Assembly (NCBI GenBank): GCA_047285805.1 | Contig: JBJBCN010000003.1 | Span: 32,001 to 96,000, forward strand | From: Synechococcus sp. | GTDB taxonomy: Bacteria > Cyanobacteriota > Cyanobacteriia > PCC-6307 > Cyanobiaceae | Direction of reading: 5' to 3' | Length of the DNA: 64,000 nucleotides | In this document: positions 21,150 through 32,537 of the stretch, one piece after another | How the letters are laid out: every line of letters begins with the position of its first letter | Position numbering within the stretch: position 1 is the stretch's first letter | The notes under the pieces: generated by a model | What the model was told of the DNA's origin: nothing | The model's database searches: none | Seen by the model: the letters and a program-made list of their open reading frames with translations, nothing else | Translations under genes and position numbers: made by a program

Positions 21150-22367
21150 TCAGGCGCTGGCACCACGGCCAGCCCCTTGGGGCAGCCGCGGCAGGCGATG
21201 TTTGAAACCGCAGAGAATCTCCCATGGAATCGTTCCGATCGGCTTGCTCCAGGCCTGCGGATCGATCCGCTCCCCGGCCTCCTCCCCGAGCAAGGTGACC
21301 ACGCTTCCTGCCTCCAGCGCGGGCACGTCGGTAGCGTCTAGCACCAGTTGATCCATGGTGATCGCCCCCACCTGGGGCAGCCGATACCCGGCGAAGAGCA
21401 CCTCCAGCCGATTGGAAAGCAGGCGCGGGACACCATCGGCATAGCCAATGCCCACCACCGCCAAACGACTTGGCCGTTGGGTGACGAAACGATGGCCGTA
21501 GCTCACCCCGACCCCGGCGGGCACCTCGCGAATCAGGCTGACCCGGGCGCGCACGTGCATTGCCGGCTGCAGACTCAGCCCAGCGCCCAGGTGCTCCGAG
21601 GGCCGTTGACCGTAGAGGGCTAGCCCAACCCGCACCAAGTCGTAGTGCAGCTGCTGGCTGCGCAGGGTCCCCGCGGAATTAGCCAGGTGGCGGCAGCCCG
21701 GGGCCAACTGCTGCTGCTGCAGGCCGCTGAGGAACGCATCAAAGCGCTGCTGCTGGCTCGCGGTAAGAGCATCGAGGCCATCTCCGGGGGAATCCGCTCC
21801 GGCTAGATGGGAATAGACCCCAGCCATCTGCAACGCATCCAGGCCCTGGATGGCCTCCACCAGGCGCGGCCCCTCCTCCCAGGGCGCCCCCAGGCGGGTC
21901 ATGCCGGTGTCCAATTTCAGGTGAACCGCCAGCTGGCGACCACTGCCGCTGGCCAGGTTCTGGCAGAGGAGGGCCTCGCGCATGCCGCTGAGGGTGGGCA
22001 TCAACTGCCAGTGCAGGCAGGCCCGCAATTCATCGGGATGGCTGAGGTTGCCCAGCACCAAGATGGGCTGATCGAGCCCCGCCTGACGCAACTCCACTCC
22101 CTCCTGGAGTGTGGCGACACCGAAGCAGCTGGCGCCGCCAGCGGCCGCCGAGCGGGCGACGGGCACGGCCCCATGGCCGTATCCGTCGGCCTTGACCACG
22201 GCCATCAGGGCACAGCCGGGGTGCAGGGAGCGCCTCAGGGCATCCGCATTGGCCTGGATCGCCGCTTCATCGATTTCCACCCAGGCCCTCTGGCGCGGAT
22301 GGGGCTGCGGCAGCAAAGCCGCGGCCGCGGGGTCGTCGAAGGCAGCAGCAGGCGATGCGTCAACCAT
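21150..22367 (-). CDS. alr: Alanine racemase
   Basis: AVVKADGYGHG, KLDTGMTRLG, HLANS, GYADG; start approximate. Confidence 0.96.
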   Translation of the reverse strand: MVDASPAAAFDDPAAAALLPQPHPRQRAWVEIDEAAIQANADALRRSLHPGCALMAVVKADGYGHGAVPVARSAAAGGASCFGVATLQEGVELRQAGLDQPILVLGNLSHPDELRACLHWQLMPTLSGMREALLCQNLASGSGRQLAVHLKLDTGMTRLGAPWEEGPRLVEAIQGLDALQMAGVYSHLAGADSPGDGLDALTASQQQRFDAFLSGLQQQQLAPGCRHLANSAGTLRSQQLHYDLVRVGLALYGQRPSEHLGAGLSLQPAMHVRARVSLIREVPAGVGVSYGHRFVTQRPSRLAVVGIGYADGVPRLLSNRLEVLFAGYRLPQVGAITMDQLVLDATDVPALEAGSVVTLLGEEAGERIDPQAWSKPIGTIPWEILCGFKHRLPRLPQGAGRGASA

Positions 22368-22441
22368 CCGCCCTTGGCAGTGCACCTAGCATGCATAGAA
22401 ATTACGGGGTTGCCCAGCGCAGCTCCCCAGGCTGCGCTCCC

Positions 22442-22960
22442 ATGGGCTCCGTTCTGGTTCTGAATGCCTCCTACGAGCCCTTGAACGTCACCAGCTGGCG
22501 CAGGGCCACTGTGATGGTGCTCAAGGGCAAGGCCGAAGGGCTGGAGCATTCACCAGGTCGGCAACTCAGGCCGGGCCTAGGGCTGCCAACGGTGATCCGG
22601 TTGCGGCAGTTCGTGAGGGTCCCCTTCCGGCCCCTGCCCCTCACCCGCCGGAACGTCTTCCACCGCGACGACCACTGCTGCCAGTACTGCGGCAGCAGCA
22701 GCGAGCGGCTGTCGATCGATCACGTCCTGCCCCGCAGCCGCGGCGGCAGCCACAGCTGGGACAACGTCACCACGGCCTGCCTGCGCTGCAATGTTCACAA
22801 GGGCAACCGTACCCCCAAGGAGGCAAGCATGCCCCTGCATTCCGCCCCCCGCCGGCCCGTGAGCGGCGCAGTCTTTGAAGCCCAGCGCCAGATGGCCAAC
22901 GGGGGGCACCGGGAATGGGCCAAGTACGTCGACGGCTGGGAAGAGCCGCTCGCTAGTTGA
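22442..22960 (+). CDS. HNH endonuclease (McrA-like)
   Basis: [34 protein letters not shown]. Confidence 0.92.
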   Translation: MGSVLVLNASYEPLNVTSWRRATVMVLKGKAEGLEHSPGRQLRPGLGLPTVIRLRQFVRVPFRPLPLTRRNVFHRDDHCCQYCGSSSERLSIDHVLPRSRGGSHSWDNVTTACLRCNVHKGNRTPKEASMPLHSAPRRPVSGAVFEAQRQMANGGHREWAKYVDGWEEPLAS

Positions 22961-24056
22961 CCCCGCTGGCCTGGTCGGCCAGTTCCTCCAGCTGACGGCG
23001 CTGGTCGGCGGAGACACAAGCCCCAATCAGCTCCGCCAGTTGGCCCTGCAGCACCGGCTCGAGCGAGAAGTTGCGGCCGAGGCGGTGGTCCGTCGTGCGG
23101 TTGTCCTTGTAGTTGTATGTGCGGATTTTCTCGCTGCGATCGCCGCTGCCCACCTGGGCCAAGCGGGCCGAGCGCTCCTTGGCGTTGGCCTCGGCCAGTT
23201 GACGCTCGTAGAGCTTGGCTCGCAGGATTTCCAGGGCCCGTTCCCGGTTCTGCAGCTGAGATCGCTCCTGGGTGCAGAAGACCCGAATGCCGGTGGGCTT
23301 GTGCAGAAGATCAACCGCGGTCTCCACCTTGTTCACGTTCTGACCGCCGGCACCACCGGAGCGGGCCGTGCTGATCTCCAGGTCGGTCGGATCGATCTGA
23401 ACCTCAACGGGATCAGCCTCAGGCATCACCGCGACGGTCGCCGTGGAGGTATGAACGCGCCCCTGGGATTCGGTGGCGGGAACCCGCTGCACCCGATGCA
23501 CGCCGGCCTCGAATTTCAGCTGGCTGAACACGCTGTCGCCCTGGATCGCCAGGATCAATTCCTTGTAGCCGCCGAGTTCCGCCTCCGAGGCACTCACCGG
23601 CTGCACCTTCCAACCGACGCTCTGGGCGTAGCGCTCATACATCCGCGCCAAGTCACCAGCCCAGATGGCCGCCTCGTCGCCACCAGCGCCGGCACGGATC
23701 TCCAGCATCACGCTTCGTTCATCCCGGGGATCACGGGGGAGCAGCGCCAGGGTCAACTGCTCTTCCATAGCCGCGATCTGCGTCGCCAAGCCGCTGAGCT
23801 CCTCCTGGGCCAGGGTCTCCATTTCCTCATCCCCGCGGGACTCCTTCAGGAGCTCCTTGGCGTCCTGCTCCTGTTTGCGCCATTGGCAGAGCTGGTCATA
23901 CCCATTCACCAGGGGTTCCAGCCGAGCCCGCTCGCGGGCAATGGGCTCAAGCTGGGCTGGATTAGCCGCCACATCCGGGTCGGCCAACTGGCGCTCCAGG
24001 GTGTCAAAGGTGGCGCGCGCCGTCTCTAGACGTTCACGCAGAAAGAAAGCATCCAT
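22953..24056 (-). CDS. prfA: Peptide chain release factor 1
   Basis: GGQ motif and RVPATE (PxT specificity motif). Confidence 0.98.
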   Translation of the reverse strand: MDAFFLRERLETARATFDTLERQLADPDVAANPAQLEPIARERARLEPLVNGYDQLCQWRKQEQDAKELLKESRGDEEMETLAQEELSGLATQIAAMEEQLTLALLPRDPRDERSVMLEIRAGAGGDEAAIWAGDLARMYERYAQSVGWKVQPVSASEAELGGYKELILAIQGDSVFSQLKFEAGVHRVQRVPATESQGRVHTSTATVAVMPEADPVEVQIDPTDLEISTARSGGAGGQNVNKVETAVDLLHKPTGIRVFCTQERSQLQNRERALEILRAKLYERQLAEANAKERSARLAQVGSGDRSEKIRTYNYKDNRTTDHRLGRNFSLEPVLQGQLAELIGACVSADQRRQLEELADQASGVN

Positions 24057-24075
24057 GGGAGCGGCTCAAGCCAGC

Positions 24076-24107
24076 AAAAAAGCCGGACGCCCTGGAGCAT
24101 CCGGCTT
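24076..24107 (-). terminator. Terminator after rpmE
   Basis: AAGCCGGATGCTCCAGGGCGTCCGGC-TTTTTT. Confidence 0.75.
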
Positions 24108-24141
24108 GAAGAATCGAGACACGACGAAAGTGAAAGGCAGA

Positions 24142-24405
24142 TCAGGCCTTGTCGGCTGTGTCAGCCTTCTTCTCGACTTGGGCATCGGCGCCACCGGCGC
24201 TGCCCATGCCGTACTTGCGCATGAAACGATCTACACGACCCTCGGTGTCCAGGATCTTCTGGGTACCTGTATAGAAGGGGTGGTTACCGCTCCAGACGTC
24301 GACGTGGATCTCGGGAGAGGTGGAGCCAGTGGTCATGACCACTTCTCCGTTGCAGATCACCTTGGCATCGGGATACCAGGTGGGATGGATGTCGGCCTTC
24401 GGCAT
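24142..24405 (-). CDS. rpmE: 50S ribosomal protein L31
   Basis: IHP, DVWSGNHPFYTG, GRVDRF. Confidence 0.97.
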   Translation of the reverse strand: MPKADIHPTWYPDAKVICNGEVVMTTGSTSPEIHVDVWSGNHPFYTGTQKILDTEGRVDRFMRKYGMGSAGGADAQVEKKADTADKA

Positions 24406-24437
24406 TACGGGTACGGGGCTGAGGGGCGAAAGCGCAA

Positions 24438-24839
24438 TCAGCGCTTGGAGAACTGAGGAGCCTTACGGGCTTTCTTCAGGCCGTACTTACGACGCTCTTT
24501 GGAGCGGGGGTCACGGCTGAGGTGGCCTTCGGTCTTTAGGGGCTTGCGGTTGTCGGGGGACAGATCGCACAGGGCACGGGCAGCGCCTTGCTTGATCGCA
24601 TCGGCCTGACCTGTCAGGCCGCCACCACGGACGTTGACCAGGAGGTCATACTCGGCTCCCAGACCCAGGGTCTGCAGGGGAGCCTTGACGGCAGCCAGGT
24701 AGGTGGGGTTGTAGTTCAGGTAGTTGTCACCGGGACGACCATTGATGGTCACGGTGCCATTGCCAGGAACGACGCGGACGCGCGCCACGGCGGTCTTACG
24801 ACGGCCGGTTCCCCAGTAAACGACTTTGGTGGTGCTCAT
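24438..24839 (-). CDS. rpsI: 30S ribosomal protein S9
   Basis: [12 protein letters not shown]...[11 protein letters not shown]. Confidence 0.99.
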   Translation of the reverse strand: MSTTKVVYWGTGRRKTAVARVRVVPGNGTVTINGRPGDNYLNYNPTYLAAVKAPLQTLGLGAEYDLLVNVRGGGLTGQADAIKQGAARALCDLSPDNRKPLKTEGHLSRDPRSKERRKYGLKKARKAPQFSKR

Positions 24840-25288
24840 TTGGTGGAAGCGGCGGGATCGAGGGCCAGAGCCTTGGGCTGCTGAGCAGCATGGGGGTGCT
24901 CAGCACCCTTGTAGACCTTCAGCTTGCGGAAAAGCTGACGACCGAGTGCGTTGTGGGGGAGCATGCCCTTCACAGCCTTCTCGATGATCCGCTCGGGAAT
25001 CCTCGCCTGTAGGGCAGAGAAGGTTTCGGTCTTCATGCCACCGGGGCGACCGGAGTGGCGGCGGTACAGCTTGTCGGAAGCCTTGTTACCACTCACCTTC
25101 ACCTTTTCAGCATTGATCACCACGACGAAGTCGCCGGCGTCGATGTGAGGGGCGAAGTTGGGGTTGTTCTTACCCCGCAGAACCGAAGCGACCTCAGTGG
25201 CAAGCCGGCCGAGGGTCTGGTTCTCAGCGTCCACCAGATACCACTGGCGGGCTGAGGAATCCTGGGGAGGGACGAGAGTCTTGTTCAT
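24836..25288 (-). CDS. rplM: 50S ribosomal protein L13
   Basis: [30 protein letters not shown]; start MNKT. Confidence 0.98.
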   Translation of the reverse strand: MNKTLVPPQDSSARQWYLVDAENQTLGRLATEVASVLRGKNNPNFAPHIDAGDFVVVINAEKVKVSGNKASDKLYRRHSGRPGGMKTETFSALQARIPERIIEKAVKGMLPHNALGRQLFRKLKVYKGAEHPHAAQQPKALALDPAASTK

Positions 25289-25526
25289 CGCGCCGGCGGG
25301 CCGGTTCGGATAGGACCCCATCACCACGCTTAGGCGGGTGGGGTTGGACAGGGTGTCTGGACTGTGGGTCTCGACTAATGACGGCAGTCACCCGATCACT
25401 CGGGTGTCAATCGCTCGTTGAGTGAACCTACCGCTTCGCCAATCCCCACTACTGGGGACAGGGTTTGGGGCAGGGGCTGGCCGCCGATGTACATCGGCAG
25501 GTCAACTCTGAGACCGGCAGACCCAG

Positions 25527-26417
25527 TCAGTGCAAGGACTGACCCGGTGCTGCTGGCGGTGCATCAGAGCCCTCCAGCAAATACCGCGGTTGACAATCAT
25601 ACCAGGCAGTCCTTGGGAAGATCTCACTCGGGTAGCCCACCCGAAGCAGGCACAAACCCTGCGGGGGAGCGGCTTCTTTGACCTCGTCACGGGCCTGACT
25701 ACGCCAGCGACGACGGAATGCCTCCAGGCTGAGCCGGCCCTCGCCAACGGCCACGAGCTGGCCCATCATCAGGCGCACCATCCCGTAGAGGAAACCACTG
25801 GCCTGGAGCTCCACCTCCAGCAGATCGCCCCGACGCAGCACCGAGACCTCTTGCAGGGTCGTACGGGAATGGGAGCGGGCGCTGCCAGCACGCTCAAAGG
25901 CCGCGAAGTCGTGCTCCCCGAGCATGTCCTCGAGGGCCACTAGCATCCGACCCTCTTCGAGCTGGAACTGATAGCGGTGCCAACTCCAGGGGTCCAGAAA
26001 GAGGTTCGGAATCCGAGCGTTGTAGATCGTGTAGCGGTAGCGCCGGTAGGTGGCCGAAAAGCAGGCGTGCCAGTCCGGCGCCACCGACGCCGCAGAACGC
26101 ACCCGGATGTTGGCCGGGAGACGGCCATTCAGGGCCGCGGGCCAGCGATGGGCGGGAATCGGACCGACGCAGTCAAAGTGAACGACCTGGCCTGAGGCAT
26201 GGACACCGCTATCAGTCCTGCCCGCCGCCACCACGGTGGCCGGTCCGCCAGGGTCCAATTGGGCCAGAGCAGCTTCGAGTGTTTCTTGAACGCTCGGGTC
26301 CCGGGGCTGACGCTGCCAGCCGCAGTAGGAAGAACCGTCGTACTGAAGACAGAGGGCGATCCGCCTGCGCTGCTCAGTGGGCGTGCTGTCGGTCAAGGCT
26401 GATGCCTCTAAAGCCAT
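25527..26417 (-). CDS. truA: tRNA pseudouridine(38-40) synthase
   Basis: [29 protein letters not shown]. Confidence 0.96.
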   Translation of the reverse strand: MALEASALTDSTPTEQRRRIALCLQYDGSSYCGWQRQPRDPSVQETLEAALAQLDPGGPATVVAAGRTDSGVHASGQVVHFDCVGPIPAHRWPAALNGRLPANIRVRSAASVAPDWHACFSATYRRYRYTIYNARIPNLFLDPWSWHRYQFQLEEGRMLVALEDMLGEHDFAAFERAGSARSHSRTTLQEVSVLRRGDLLEVELQASGFLYGMVRLMMGQLVAVGEGRLSLEAFRRRWRSQARDEVKEAAPPQGLCLLRVGYPSEIFPRTAWYDCQPRYLLEGSDAPPAAPGQSLH

Positions 26418-26451
26418 AAAAAACCGCGCGGAAGACGGCCCTCCGCGCGGT
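26418..26451 (-). terminator. Terminator after rplQ
   Basis: ACCGCGCGGAGGGCCGTCTTCCGCGCGGT-TTTTT. Confidence 0.8.
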
Positions 26452-26481
26452 GGTGCTGATCAAGCGAAGGATCTCTTGAGA

Positions 26482-26832
26482 TCAGACGAGCTCGATGATC
26501 GCCATTTCAGCGTTGTCACCACGGCGGGGGACAGTGCGGATAATGCGGGTGTAGCCGCCATTGCGGTCGCCGTAACGCTCCTGGGCCTTGTCGAACAGGG
26601 CATGCACCAGTTGCTTGTCGTAGATGTAGCCGATGGCGCGGCGACGGGCAGCCAGGCTGCCGTCCTTGGCCAGGGTGATCATGCGCTCGGCTTCGTCACG
26701 GAGGGCCTTGGCACGGGCCTTGGTGGTGGTCAGACGACCCTCACGGATCAGCTGGGTGGTCAGGGCACGAAGCATGGCTTTGCGCTGGTCGGCGGGACGC
26801 CCCAATTTGGGGACTCGGCACTGGTGACGCAT
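26482..26832 (-). CDS. rplQ: 50S ribosomal protein L17
   Basis: MRH..KLGR, GGYTRI, RRGDNA. Confidence 0.99.
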   Translation of the reverse strand: MRHQCRVPKLGRPADQRKAMLRALTTQLIREGRLTTTKARAKALRDEAERMITLAKDGSLAARRRAIGYIYDKQLVHALFDKAQERYGDRNGGYTRIIRTVPRRGDNAEMAIIELV

Positions 26833-26877
26833 GACTAAATCGGATGAAACGAGGGAGGGACAGATGCTTCTGCGCGA

Positions 26878-27816
26878 TCAGGCGCTGGTGCGGCTCTGGG
26901 GCAGGGAGATACCGATGCGCTCGAGGGCCTCGATCACCTCGTCGGCCGACTTGGAACCGAAGTTCTTGATTTCGAGCAGATCTTCGTAGCTAAAGCCCAT
27001 CAGGTCAGACACGGAGTTGACTTGGGCGCGCTTCAAGCAGTTGTAGGCGCGAACCGAAAGGTTCAGCTCTTCCAGGGGGATCTGAGCTTCGGCGGAGGGC
27101 TCAGGCTCCTTGCTTTGCTCCTCTTCCATGGTCAGGGTCGCCATGGGCTGGATAAGGGTGATCAGCTGGTTGGCGGCCTGCGCCATCGCGTCGTCAGGTG
27201 TCAGAGAGCCATCGGTCTGGATCTCCAGACGGATGCGCTCACGGGCAGAACCACCTTCGCCAACCGCGGTCTCATCGATCGTGTAGTTGGCGCGCTGGAC
27301 GGGCATGAAGACGGCGTCGATCTGAAGGAGATCTACGGCGCTGGTGTCCTCGACACGGCGGTCAACCGGGCGATAGCCAACGCCACGCTCGACATGAACT
27401 TCCAGCTCCAGGCTATGGCCCTCGGCAACGGTGGCGATCGGACGCTCGGGGTCGATCACGCTGACCTGGGAGGAGAACTGCAGGTCGCCAGCGGTCACGG
27501 TGGCGGGACCGTTGACCACCAGGCGGCCGATCTCCAGCTCGCGGGTACGGCTGTTGACGGCGACGTCCTTGCAGTTCAGCAAGATATCGAGCACGTCCTC
27601 GCGGACGCCGGGGACGGTGGCGTATTCGTGGTTGACTCCGGCGATGCGCACGGCGGTGATAGCGCTGCCCTCAAGGGCGCCCATCAGCATGCGACGTAGG
27701 GAGTTACCCAAGGTGGTCGCCTGGCCACGCTCAAGGGGGCCAATGACGAAGACGCCGGTTTGTGAACGGTCGTCAGCGATCTGGTGTTCAACCCGATCGA
27801 TCTGGTACTGCAACAC
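26878..27816 (-). CDS. rpoA: RNA polymerase subunit alpha
   Basis: [33 protein letters not shown]. Confidence 0.99.
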   Translation of the reverse strand: MLQYQIDRVEHQIADDRSQTGVFVIGPLERGQATTLGNSLRRMLMGALEGSAITAVRIAGVNHEYATVPGVREDVLDILLNCKDVAVNSRTRELEIGRLVVNGPATVTAGDLQFSSQVSVIDPERPIATVAEGHSLELEVHVERGVGYRPVDRRVEDTSAVDLLQIDAVFMPVQRANYTIDETAVGEGGSARERIRLEIQTDGSLTPDDAMAQAANQLITLIQPMATLTMEEEQSKEPEPSAEAQIPLEELNLSVRAYNCLKRAQVNSVSDLMGFSYEDLLEIKNFGSKSADEVIEALERIGISLPQSRTSA

Positions 27817-27872
27817 GGTCTGAAGCTCAGATAGGTGGATGGCCCCCCTCTGGGGCTAGTCGATGCGTCGAA

Positions 27873-28265
27873 TCAGACCCGGCGACGCTTGGAACGGCGG
27901 CAACCGTTGTGGGGCAGCGGGGTGACGTCACGGATCAGGGTTATCTCGAGACCAGCAACCTGCAAAGCACGGATGGCGGTTTCACGACCGGAACCAGGAC
28001 CGCGAACCAGCACCTCGATTTGGCGCATCCCCTGCTCAAGGGCGCGACGGGCAGCTGCTTCAGCGGCGGTTTGGGCAGCGAAGGGAGTGCCTTTACGGGC
28101 GCCCTTGAAACCGCTTGCACCAGCAGAGCTCCAGGAGATCACTTCACCAGCGGTGTCAGTAATGGAGACGATGGTGTTGTTGAACGTGCTCTGGATGTGG
28201 GCAACGCCGTTAGGGACGTTGCGCTTCGTCCTCTTGGAACCAGACTTTTTGGCGGGCTTGGCCAT
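27873..28265 (-). CDS. rpsK: 30S ribosomal protein S11
   Basis: [18 protein letters not shown]. Confidence 0.99.
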   Translation of the reverse strand: MAKPAKKSGSKRTKRNVPNGVAHIQSTFNNTIVSITDTAGEVISWSSAGASGFKGARKGTPFAAQTAAEAAARRALEQGMRQIEVLVRGPGSGRETAIRALQVAGLEITLIRDVTPLPHNGCRRSKRRRV

Positions 28266-28387
28266 GGATAAAGCCCTGCAAAAGCAGGGAGGTGATCGGG
28301 GGTCTTAAGGGAGCGACCTGGTGACGACGGCATGCATTGACCGAACGGCAGGCGCTATGGGGCCAAAGGCCTGAAGCAAGGGGTGGC

Positions 28388-28753
28388 TTACTTCTTCTTA
28401 CCGGCCACTGTCTTGCGGCTACCGCGGCGAGTCCGGGCGTTGGTGCGGGTGCGCTGACCGCGGACTGGTAGACCGACGCGGTGGCGACGACCACGTACGC
28501 AGCCGATGTCCTGGAGGCGCTTCATGGCCATGCCCTGTTGACGACGCAGGTCGCCCTCAAGGGTGTAGCTCTCGGTTGCACCGCGAAGCTTTTGAACGTC
28601 GGAATCATCCAGATCCTTGACACGGGTGTCGGGGTTCACACCGGTCTTGGTCAGAATCTTTTGGGCCGTGGTCAGGCCGATTCCGTAGACGTAGGTCAGG
28701 GCGATTTCGATCCTCTTGTCGCGAGGAATATCAACGCCGGCAATACGAGCCAC
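28388..28753 (-). CDS. rpsM: 30S ribosomal protein S13
   Basis: GTG start, [24 protein letters not shown]. Confidence 0.98.
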   Translation of the reverse strand: MARIAGVDIPRDKRIEIALTYVYGIGLTTAQKILTKTGVNPDTRVKDLDDSDVQKLRGATESYTLEGDLRRQQGMAMKRLQDIGCVRGRRHRVGLPVRGQRTRTNARTRRGSRKTVAGKKK

Positions 28754-28869
28754 TGAAAAAACGTTGGGGTGAGCAGGGGAAAGGGCTGTACGGGGGCCTC
28801 GGAAGGAACCGAGGTCAACGATCAAGCCGGGTTTTGGTCCAAACGGACCGGGGCAAGGTCAGCGGGGGA

Positions 28870-28983
28870 TCAACCCTGGCGCTGCTTGTGCTTCGGGTTG
28901 GCGCAGATGACCATCACCCGACCGTGCCGGCGAATCACGCGGCACTTGTCGCACATTTTCTTGACCGAGGCACGCACCTTCAT
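28870..28983 (-). CDS. rpmJ: 50S ribosomal protein L36
   Basis: [37 protein letters not shown]. Confidence 0.99.
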   Translation of the reverse strand: MKVRASVKKMCDKCRVIRRHGRVMVICANPKHKQRQG

Positions 28984-29029
28984 GGGAGCGGTCTCTCCAA
29001 AATTCCAAACAGCGAACTTACCACAGGAG

Positions 29030-29578
29030 TCAACCCAACAGGGCTGCGATCCGCTCCTCAATAGCCTCGACCGTGCCGGCCGCTTCGACGGGAGCAATTA
29101 GCCCACGCTCGCGGTAGTAAGCGATCAGAGGCTCGGTTTGCTCGCGGTAGACCTCAAGGCGATGGCGGATGACCTCCTCGTTGTCGTCGGCCCGCCCGCG
29201 TGAAAGCAGACGCTGCACAAGAAAGCCGTCATCGAGTTCCATCAGAACGACGAGCTCGATCTGCTGGCCAAGCTCCTCGAGCAGGCTGGCCAGGGCATCG
29301 GCCTGGGCGACGTTGCGGGGAAAACCATCCAGCAGCCAGCCACCGCTGTGTTTTTGCAGCCGGCTGCGGACGATGGCCAACACCAGGGCATCGCTCACCA
29401 GCTCGCCGCGGGCCATGACCGCCTCGGCCTCTTTTCCCAGCTCACTGCCGGCAGCGACTTCAGCGCGCAGGAGATCGCCGGTGGAGAGATGGAGCAGCCC
29501 TTGGCTCTCGGCCAACTTCTGGGCTTGGGTGCCCTTGCCCGCACCGGGGGGGCCAAGAAAGAGGAGACGTTGCTTCAT
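29030..29578 (-). CDS. adk: Adenylate kinase (short type)
   Basis: [19 protein letters not shown]. Confidence 0.98.
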   Translation of the reverse strand: MKQRLLFLGPPGAGKGTQAQKLAESQGLLHLSTGDLLRAEVAAGSELGKEAEAVMARGELVSDALVLAIVRSRLQKHSGGWLLDGFPRNVAQADALASLLEELGQQIELVVLMELDDGFLVQRLLSRGRADDNEEVIRHRLEVYREQTEPLIAYYRERGLIAPVEAAGTVEAIEERIAALLG

Positions 29579-29613
29579 GGCAGGAAGAGAGAAAACACCA
29601 GGGGGCAGGGGAA

Positions 29614-30930
29614 CTACTGGCGAACCATGCCTTCGTAGCGCTGCGAAATCACAGCGGTTTGCAATTGCTTCGCGGTCTGGATGGCGACGCCGACCAGGAT
29701 CAGCATGCTGGTAGCGCCGAGGCCTTGAAAGGTCTGAACGCGGGTGGCGGACTCAACCGCGGAGGGCACGATGGCGACCGCCCCGAGAAAGAGGGCACCC
29801 AACAGGGTTAGACGGTTCTGGATTCCGGTCAGGTAAGCCGTGGTGGCCGAGCCGGGACGGACTCCAGGGATGGCGACCCCACCCCGCTTCAGGTTCGAGG
29901 CCACATCGACCGGGCGAACCGTCAGGGTGGCGTAGAAGAACGAGAAGCCAATGATCAAACCGAAGAACACCAATGCATAGACCCAAGGGGTGCTGCTGTT
30001 GGGGCTCAAGAAACTGGCGATCTGAATCAGGGTCGGGTTCTTGCTGAAGTTGGCGATCTGCAGGGGCAGGAAGACCACAGCTGAAGCAAAGATGATTGGC
30101 ATCACGCCGCCGGCATTGAGCTTCAGAGGTAGATAGCTCTGACGGGCGGAGATCCCTGCTCCACCGACCTGGCGCTTGGCGCTGACGATGGGGATGCGAC
30201 GACTGCCCTCCTCGACGCAGACAATGCCAACGATGGTGATCAAGAAGACCGCCACAAGAACAACGATGCCGCCAACGGCCTCGCGGCCTCCGGTTTGGGC
30301 CAGCTCAATGGTGGAATCGAGAGCCCGCGGAAGGGTCGCGACGATGTTCAGATAGATGACCAGGGACGCGCCCTGGCCAATGCCGCGCTCGGTGATGACC
30401 TCACTGAGCCACATCACCACCATCGAACCGGTCACCAGGGCAATCGCCGTCTGGGCGACGAACACCAAGTCCGGCGTCCCGGGTAGCGCGTAGGGCCTCA
30501 GGATCAGGGCAAAAACGATGCTCTGAAAAAGACCCCAGCCCAGGGCCACATAGCGGGTGTACTGGGCAATCTTGCGGCGGCCCGCCTCACCCTCGTTCTT
30601 CTGCAGATCCTCCAGCTGGGGTAAAGCCGAAGTCAGCAGCTGAATGATGATTGAGGCGTTGATGAAGGGAAGGATCCCCAGGGCAAAGACACCGAGGGCG
30701 GAGATGCCACCGCCCGTGAAGATGTCGAGGAAGCCCAGCAGAGACCCGCCCTGAGCCGCGAACGCCTGGAAGGCAGCACGGTCGATCCCGGGCACGGGGA
30801 TATAGATGCCCAGACGCACCAGGAGCAGAAGCCCCAAGGTAATGAGAACCCTGTTGCGCAGGTCCTTGGCTTGAACCAGCTGCGTAAGGATTTCACCGGC
30901 ACTGGGGTTACGCCCCCGGCTGACGACCAT
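29614..30930 (-). CDS. secY: Preprotein translocase subunit SecY
   Basis: ALGILPFINASII, GIGQGASL, GVMPIIFA, IPGVRPG. Confidence 0.98.
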   Translation of the reverse strand: MVVSRGRNPSAGEILTQLVQAKDLRNRVLITLGLLLLVRLGIYIPVPGIDRAAFQAFAAQGGSLLGFLDIFTGGGISALGVFALGILPFINASIIIQLLTSALPQLEDLQKNEGEAGRRKIAQYTRYVALGWGLFQSIVFALILRPYALPGTPDLVFVAQTAIALVTGSMVVMWLSEVITERGIGQGASLVIYLNIVATLPRALDSTIELAQTGGREAVGGIVVLVAVFLITIVGIVCVEEGSRRIPIVSAKRQVGGAGISARQSYLPLKLNAGGVMPIIFASAVVFLPLQIANFSKNPTLIQIASFLSPNSSTPWVYALVFFGLIIGFSFFYATLTVRPVDVASNLKRGGVAIPGVRPGSATTAYLTGIQNRLTLLGALFLGAVAIVPSAVESATRVQTFQGLGATSMLILVGVAIQTAKQLQTAVISQRYEGMVRQ

Positions 30931-30951
30931 GGCAGGTGTTAACGAACAAGA

Positions 30952-30987
30952 AAAAACCGTCTTGTGATCCATCGATCACCAGACGGC
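30952..30987 (-). terminator. Terminator-like hairpin between rplO and secY
   Basis: GCCGTCTGGTGATCGATGGATCACAAGACGG-TTTTTT. Confidence 0.65.
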
Positions 30988-31019
30988 ATTGACCTTAATG
31001 GGCCATGGACAAGCGGAGA

Positions 31020-31472
31020 TCAGATCTCTTCGCAGGTACCACCGGCAGCTTCGATCTTCTGGCGGGCAGAAGCGGTGAAAGCGACCGCTTGAACGGTCAG
31101 CTTCACGCTGAGATCACCATTACCCAGGACCTTCAGGGGGTGCTTGGGGTTAGTCACCAGGCCATCCTTGACCAGGGTATCGATGTTGACGGTGCTGCCG
31201 GCTTTGAGCTCGGACAGCTTCGCAACGTTGATCACCGTGTAGTTCTTCGGATTGATGACGGTGAAGTGCTTGAGCTTCGGCACCCGGCGATACAGAGGCA
31301 TCTGACCACCTTCGAAGCCAGGACGGGTCGGGCGACCCGAACGAGACTTCTGGCCACGCATACCGAAACCACAGCTGGCGCCTTGGCCAGCGGCGATACC
31401 GCGACCCTTACGTAGCTTGCGGCGACGGGAGCCGGCTTGCGGCTTGAGAGTTTGGAGGTTGAGCGATGTCAT
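31020..31472 (-). CDS. rplO: 50S ribosomal protein L15
   Basis: [22 protein letters not shown]. Confidence 0.98.
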   Translation of the reverse strand: MTSLNLQTLKPQAGSRRRKLRKGRGIAAGQGASCGFGMRGQKSRSGRPTRPGFEGGQMPLYRRVPKLKHFTVINPKNYTVINVAKLSELKAGSTVNIDTLVKDGLVTNPKHPLKVLGNGDLSVKLTVQAVAFTASARQKIEAAGGTCEEI

Positions 31473-31480
31473 GGCGGGCC

Positions 31481-32125
31481 TCAGGAGTAGATCTGCTCAA
31501 GGGAGATGCCACGCTCCTTGGCGGTCTCCTTGTGGGTGCGCAGGCCAGCCAGGGCATCCATGGCGGCGCGGGCGTTGTTAAGGGGGGTCTTGGAGCCTAG
31601 GCGCTTGGCCAGCACGTTCTTAATGCCGGCCAGCTCAAGTACCGTGCGGATAGAACCACCCGCGATCACACCGGTACCAGGGGCAGCGGGGCGGATCAGG
31701 ACGCTGGCAGCGCCGTCTCGACCATTGCTCAGGGTGGGGATCGAGGAGTGGCGGGTCAGGGGCACCTTGACCAGGTGCTTCTTGCCATCAGCAACGCCCT
31801 TGCGAACGGCACCGATCACGTCGCCGGCTTTGCCGACACCGACGCCCACCTGGCCTTTCTCGTTGCCGACGACAACGATGGCCCGGAAGCTCATTTTCTT
31901 ACCGCCCTTCACGGTCTTGGAGACGCGGCGGATTTGCACCACGCGCTCTTGCCACTCGGAGTCGCGCTCCTGGCCACGGCGGCCACGGCGGTCGCCACCG
32001 CGACGGTCGCCACGGCCTTCGCCGCGACCACCACGACGCTGTTCCTGCTGCTGGCCTTCAGCAGCTGCGGGCACATCAGCTGCCGCTGGGGTTGCGTTGG
32101 ACTGGGTGTTGTTGGTTTCGGTCAT
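31481..32125 (-). CDS. rpsE: 30S ribosomal protein S5
   Basis: [21 protein letters not shown]. Confidence 0.98.
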   Translation of the reverse strand: MTETNNTQSNATPAAADVPAAAEGQQQEQRRGGRGEGRGDRRGGDRRGRRGQERDSEWQERVVQIRRVSKTVKGGKKMSFRAIVVVGNEKGQVGVGVGKAGDVIGAVRKGVADGKKHLVKVPLTRHSSIPTLSNGRDGAASVLIRPAAPGTGVIAGGSIRTVLELAGIKNVLAKRLGSKTPLNNARAAMDALAGLRTHKETAKERGISLEQIYS

Positions 32126-32139
32126 GGTGAGAGCAGGGA

Positions 32140-32505
32140 TCAGAACTGAAGGCCCGCTTCCCGGGCGGCGTCAGCCAGGGCCTTGACACGGCCGTGGTAG
32201 AGCTTGCCGCCACGATCGAAGACCACCGATTGAATGCCCTTGGCGAGGGCACGCTTGGCGACCAGCTGACCGACTGCGACAGAAGCATCGCAGGAAGCGC
32301 CGATGGTGACGTTGCTGCGCAGCTCTTTATCGACGGTGGAAGCAGAGCAAAGAGTGCTCTGGGCAACGTCGTCGATGACTTGAGCGTAGATGTGGTTGTT
32401 GGAGCGGAACACAGCCAGGCGAGGACGCGCGGCGGTGCCGGAGAGATTGCGGCGCAGACGGCGGTGACGCTTTTGTGTCTGCTGCTTGCGGGAAAGGGTG
32501 GACAT
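32140..32505 (-). CDS. rplR: 50S ribosomal protein L18
   Basis: [20 protein letters not shown]. Confidence 0.99.
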   Translation of the reverse strand: MSTLSRKQQTQKRHRRLRRNLSGTAARPRLAVFRSNNHIYAQVIDDVAQSTLCSASTVDKELRSNVTIGASCDASVAVGQLVAKRALAKGIQSVVFDRGGKLYHGRVKALADAAREAGLQF

Positions 32506-32537
32506 GGAAGTACTGGGTAAAAACGCTTAAGCAGACC

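Noticed and set aside
22442..22960. HNH nuclease as a possible mobile or defence element
   Set aside because: It belongs to the widespread [11 protein letters not shown] housekeeping-type HNH family, has normal composition and has no methylase, intron or repeat context.
22875..24029. Long antisense ORFs opposite prfA (similarly opposite rplB, crtD, the helicase and ppc)
   Set aside because: Expected codon-bias shadows in high-GC DNA; no recognisable domains.
28984..29029. No infA between adk and rpmJ; rpsJ, rpsN, rpmD and rpsD are also absent from the cluster
   Set aside because: Consistent with the usual picocyanobacterial arrangement, where these genes are elsewhere or absent. No remnant is visible.
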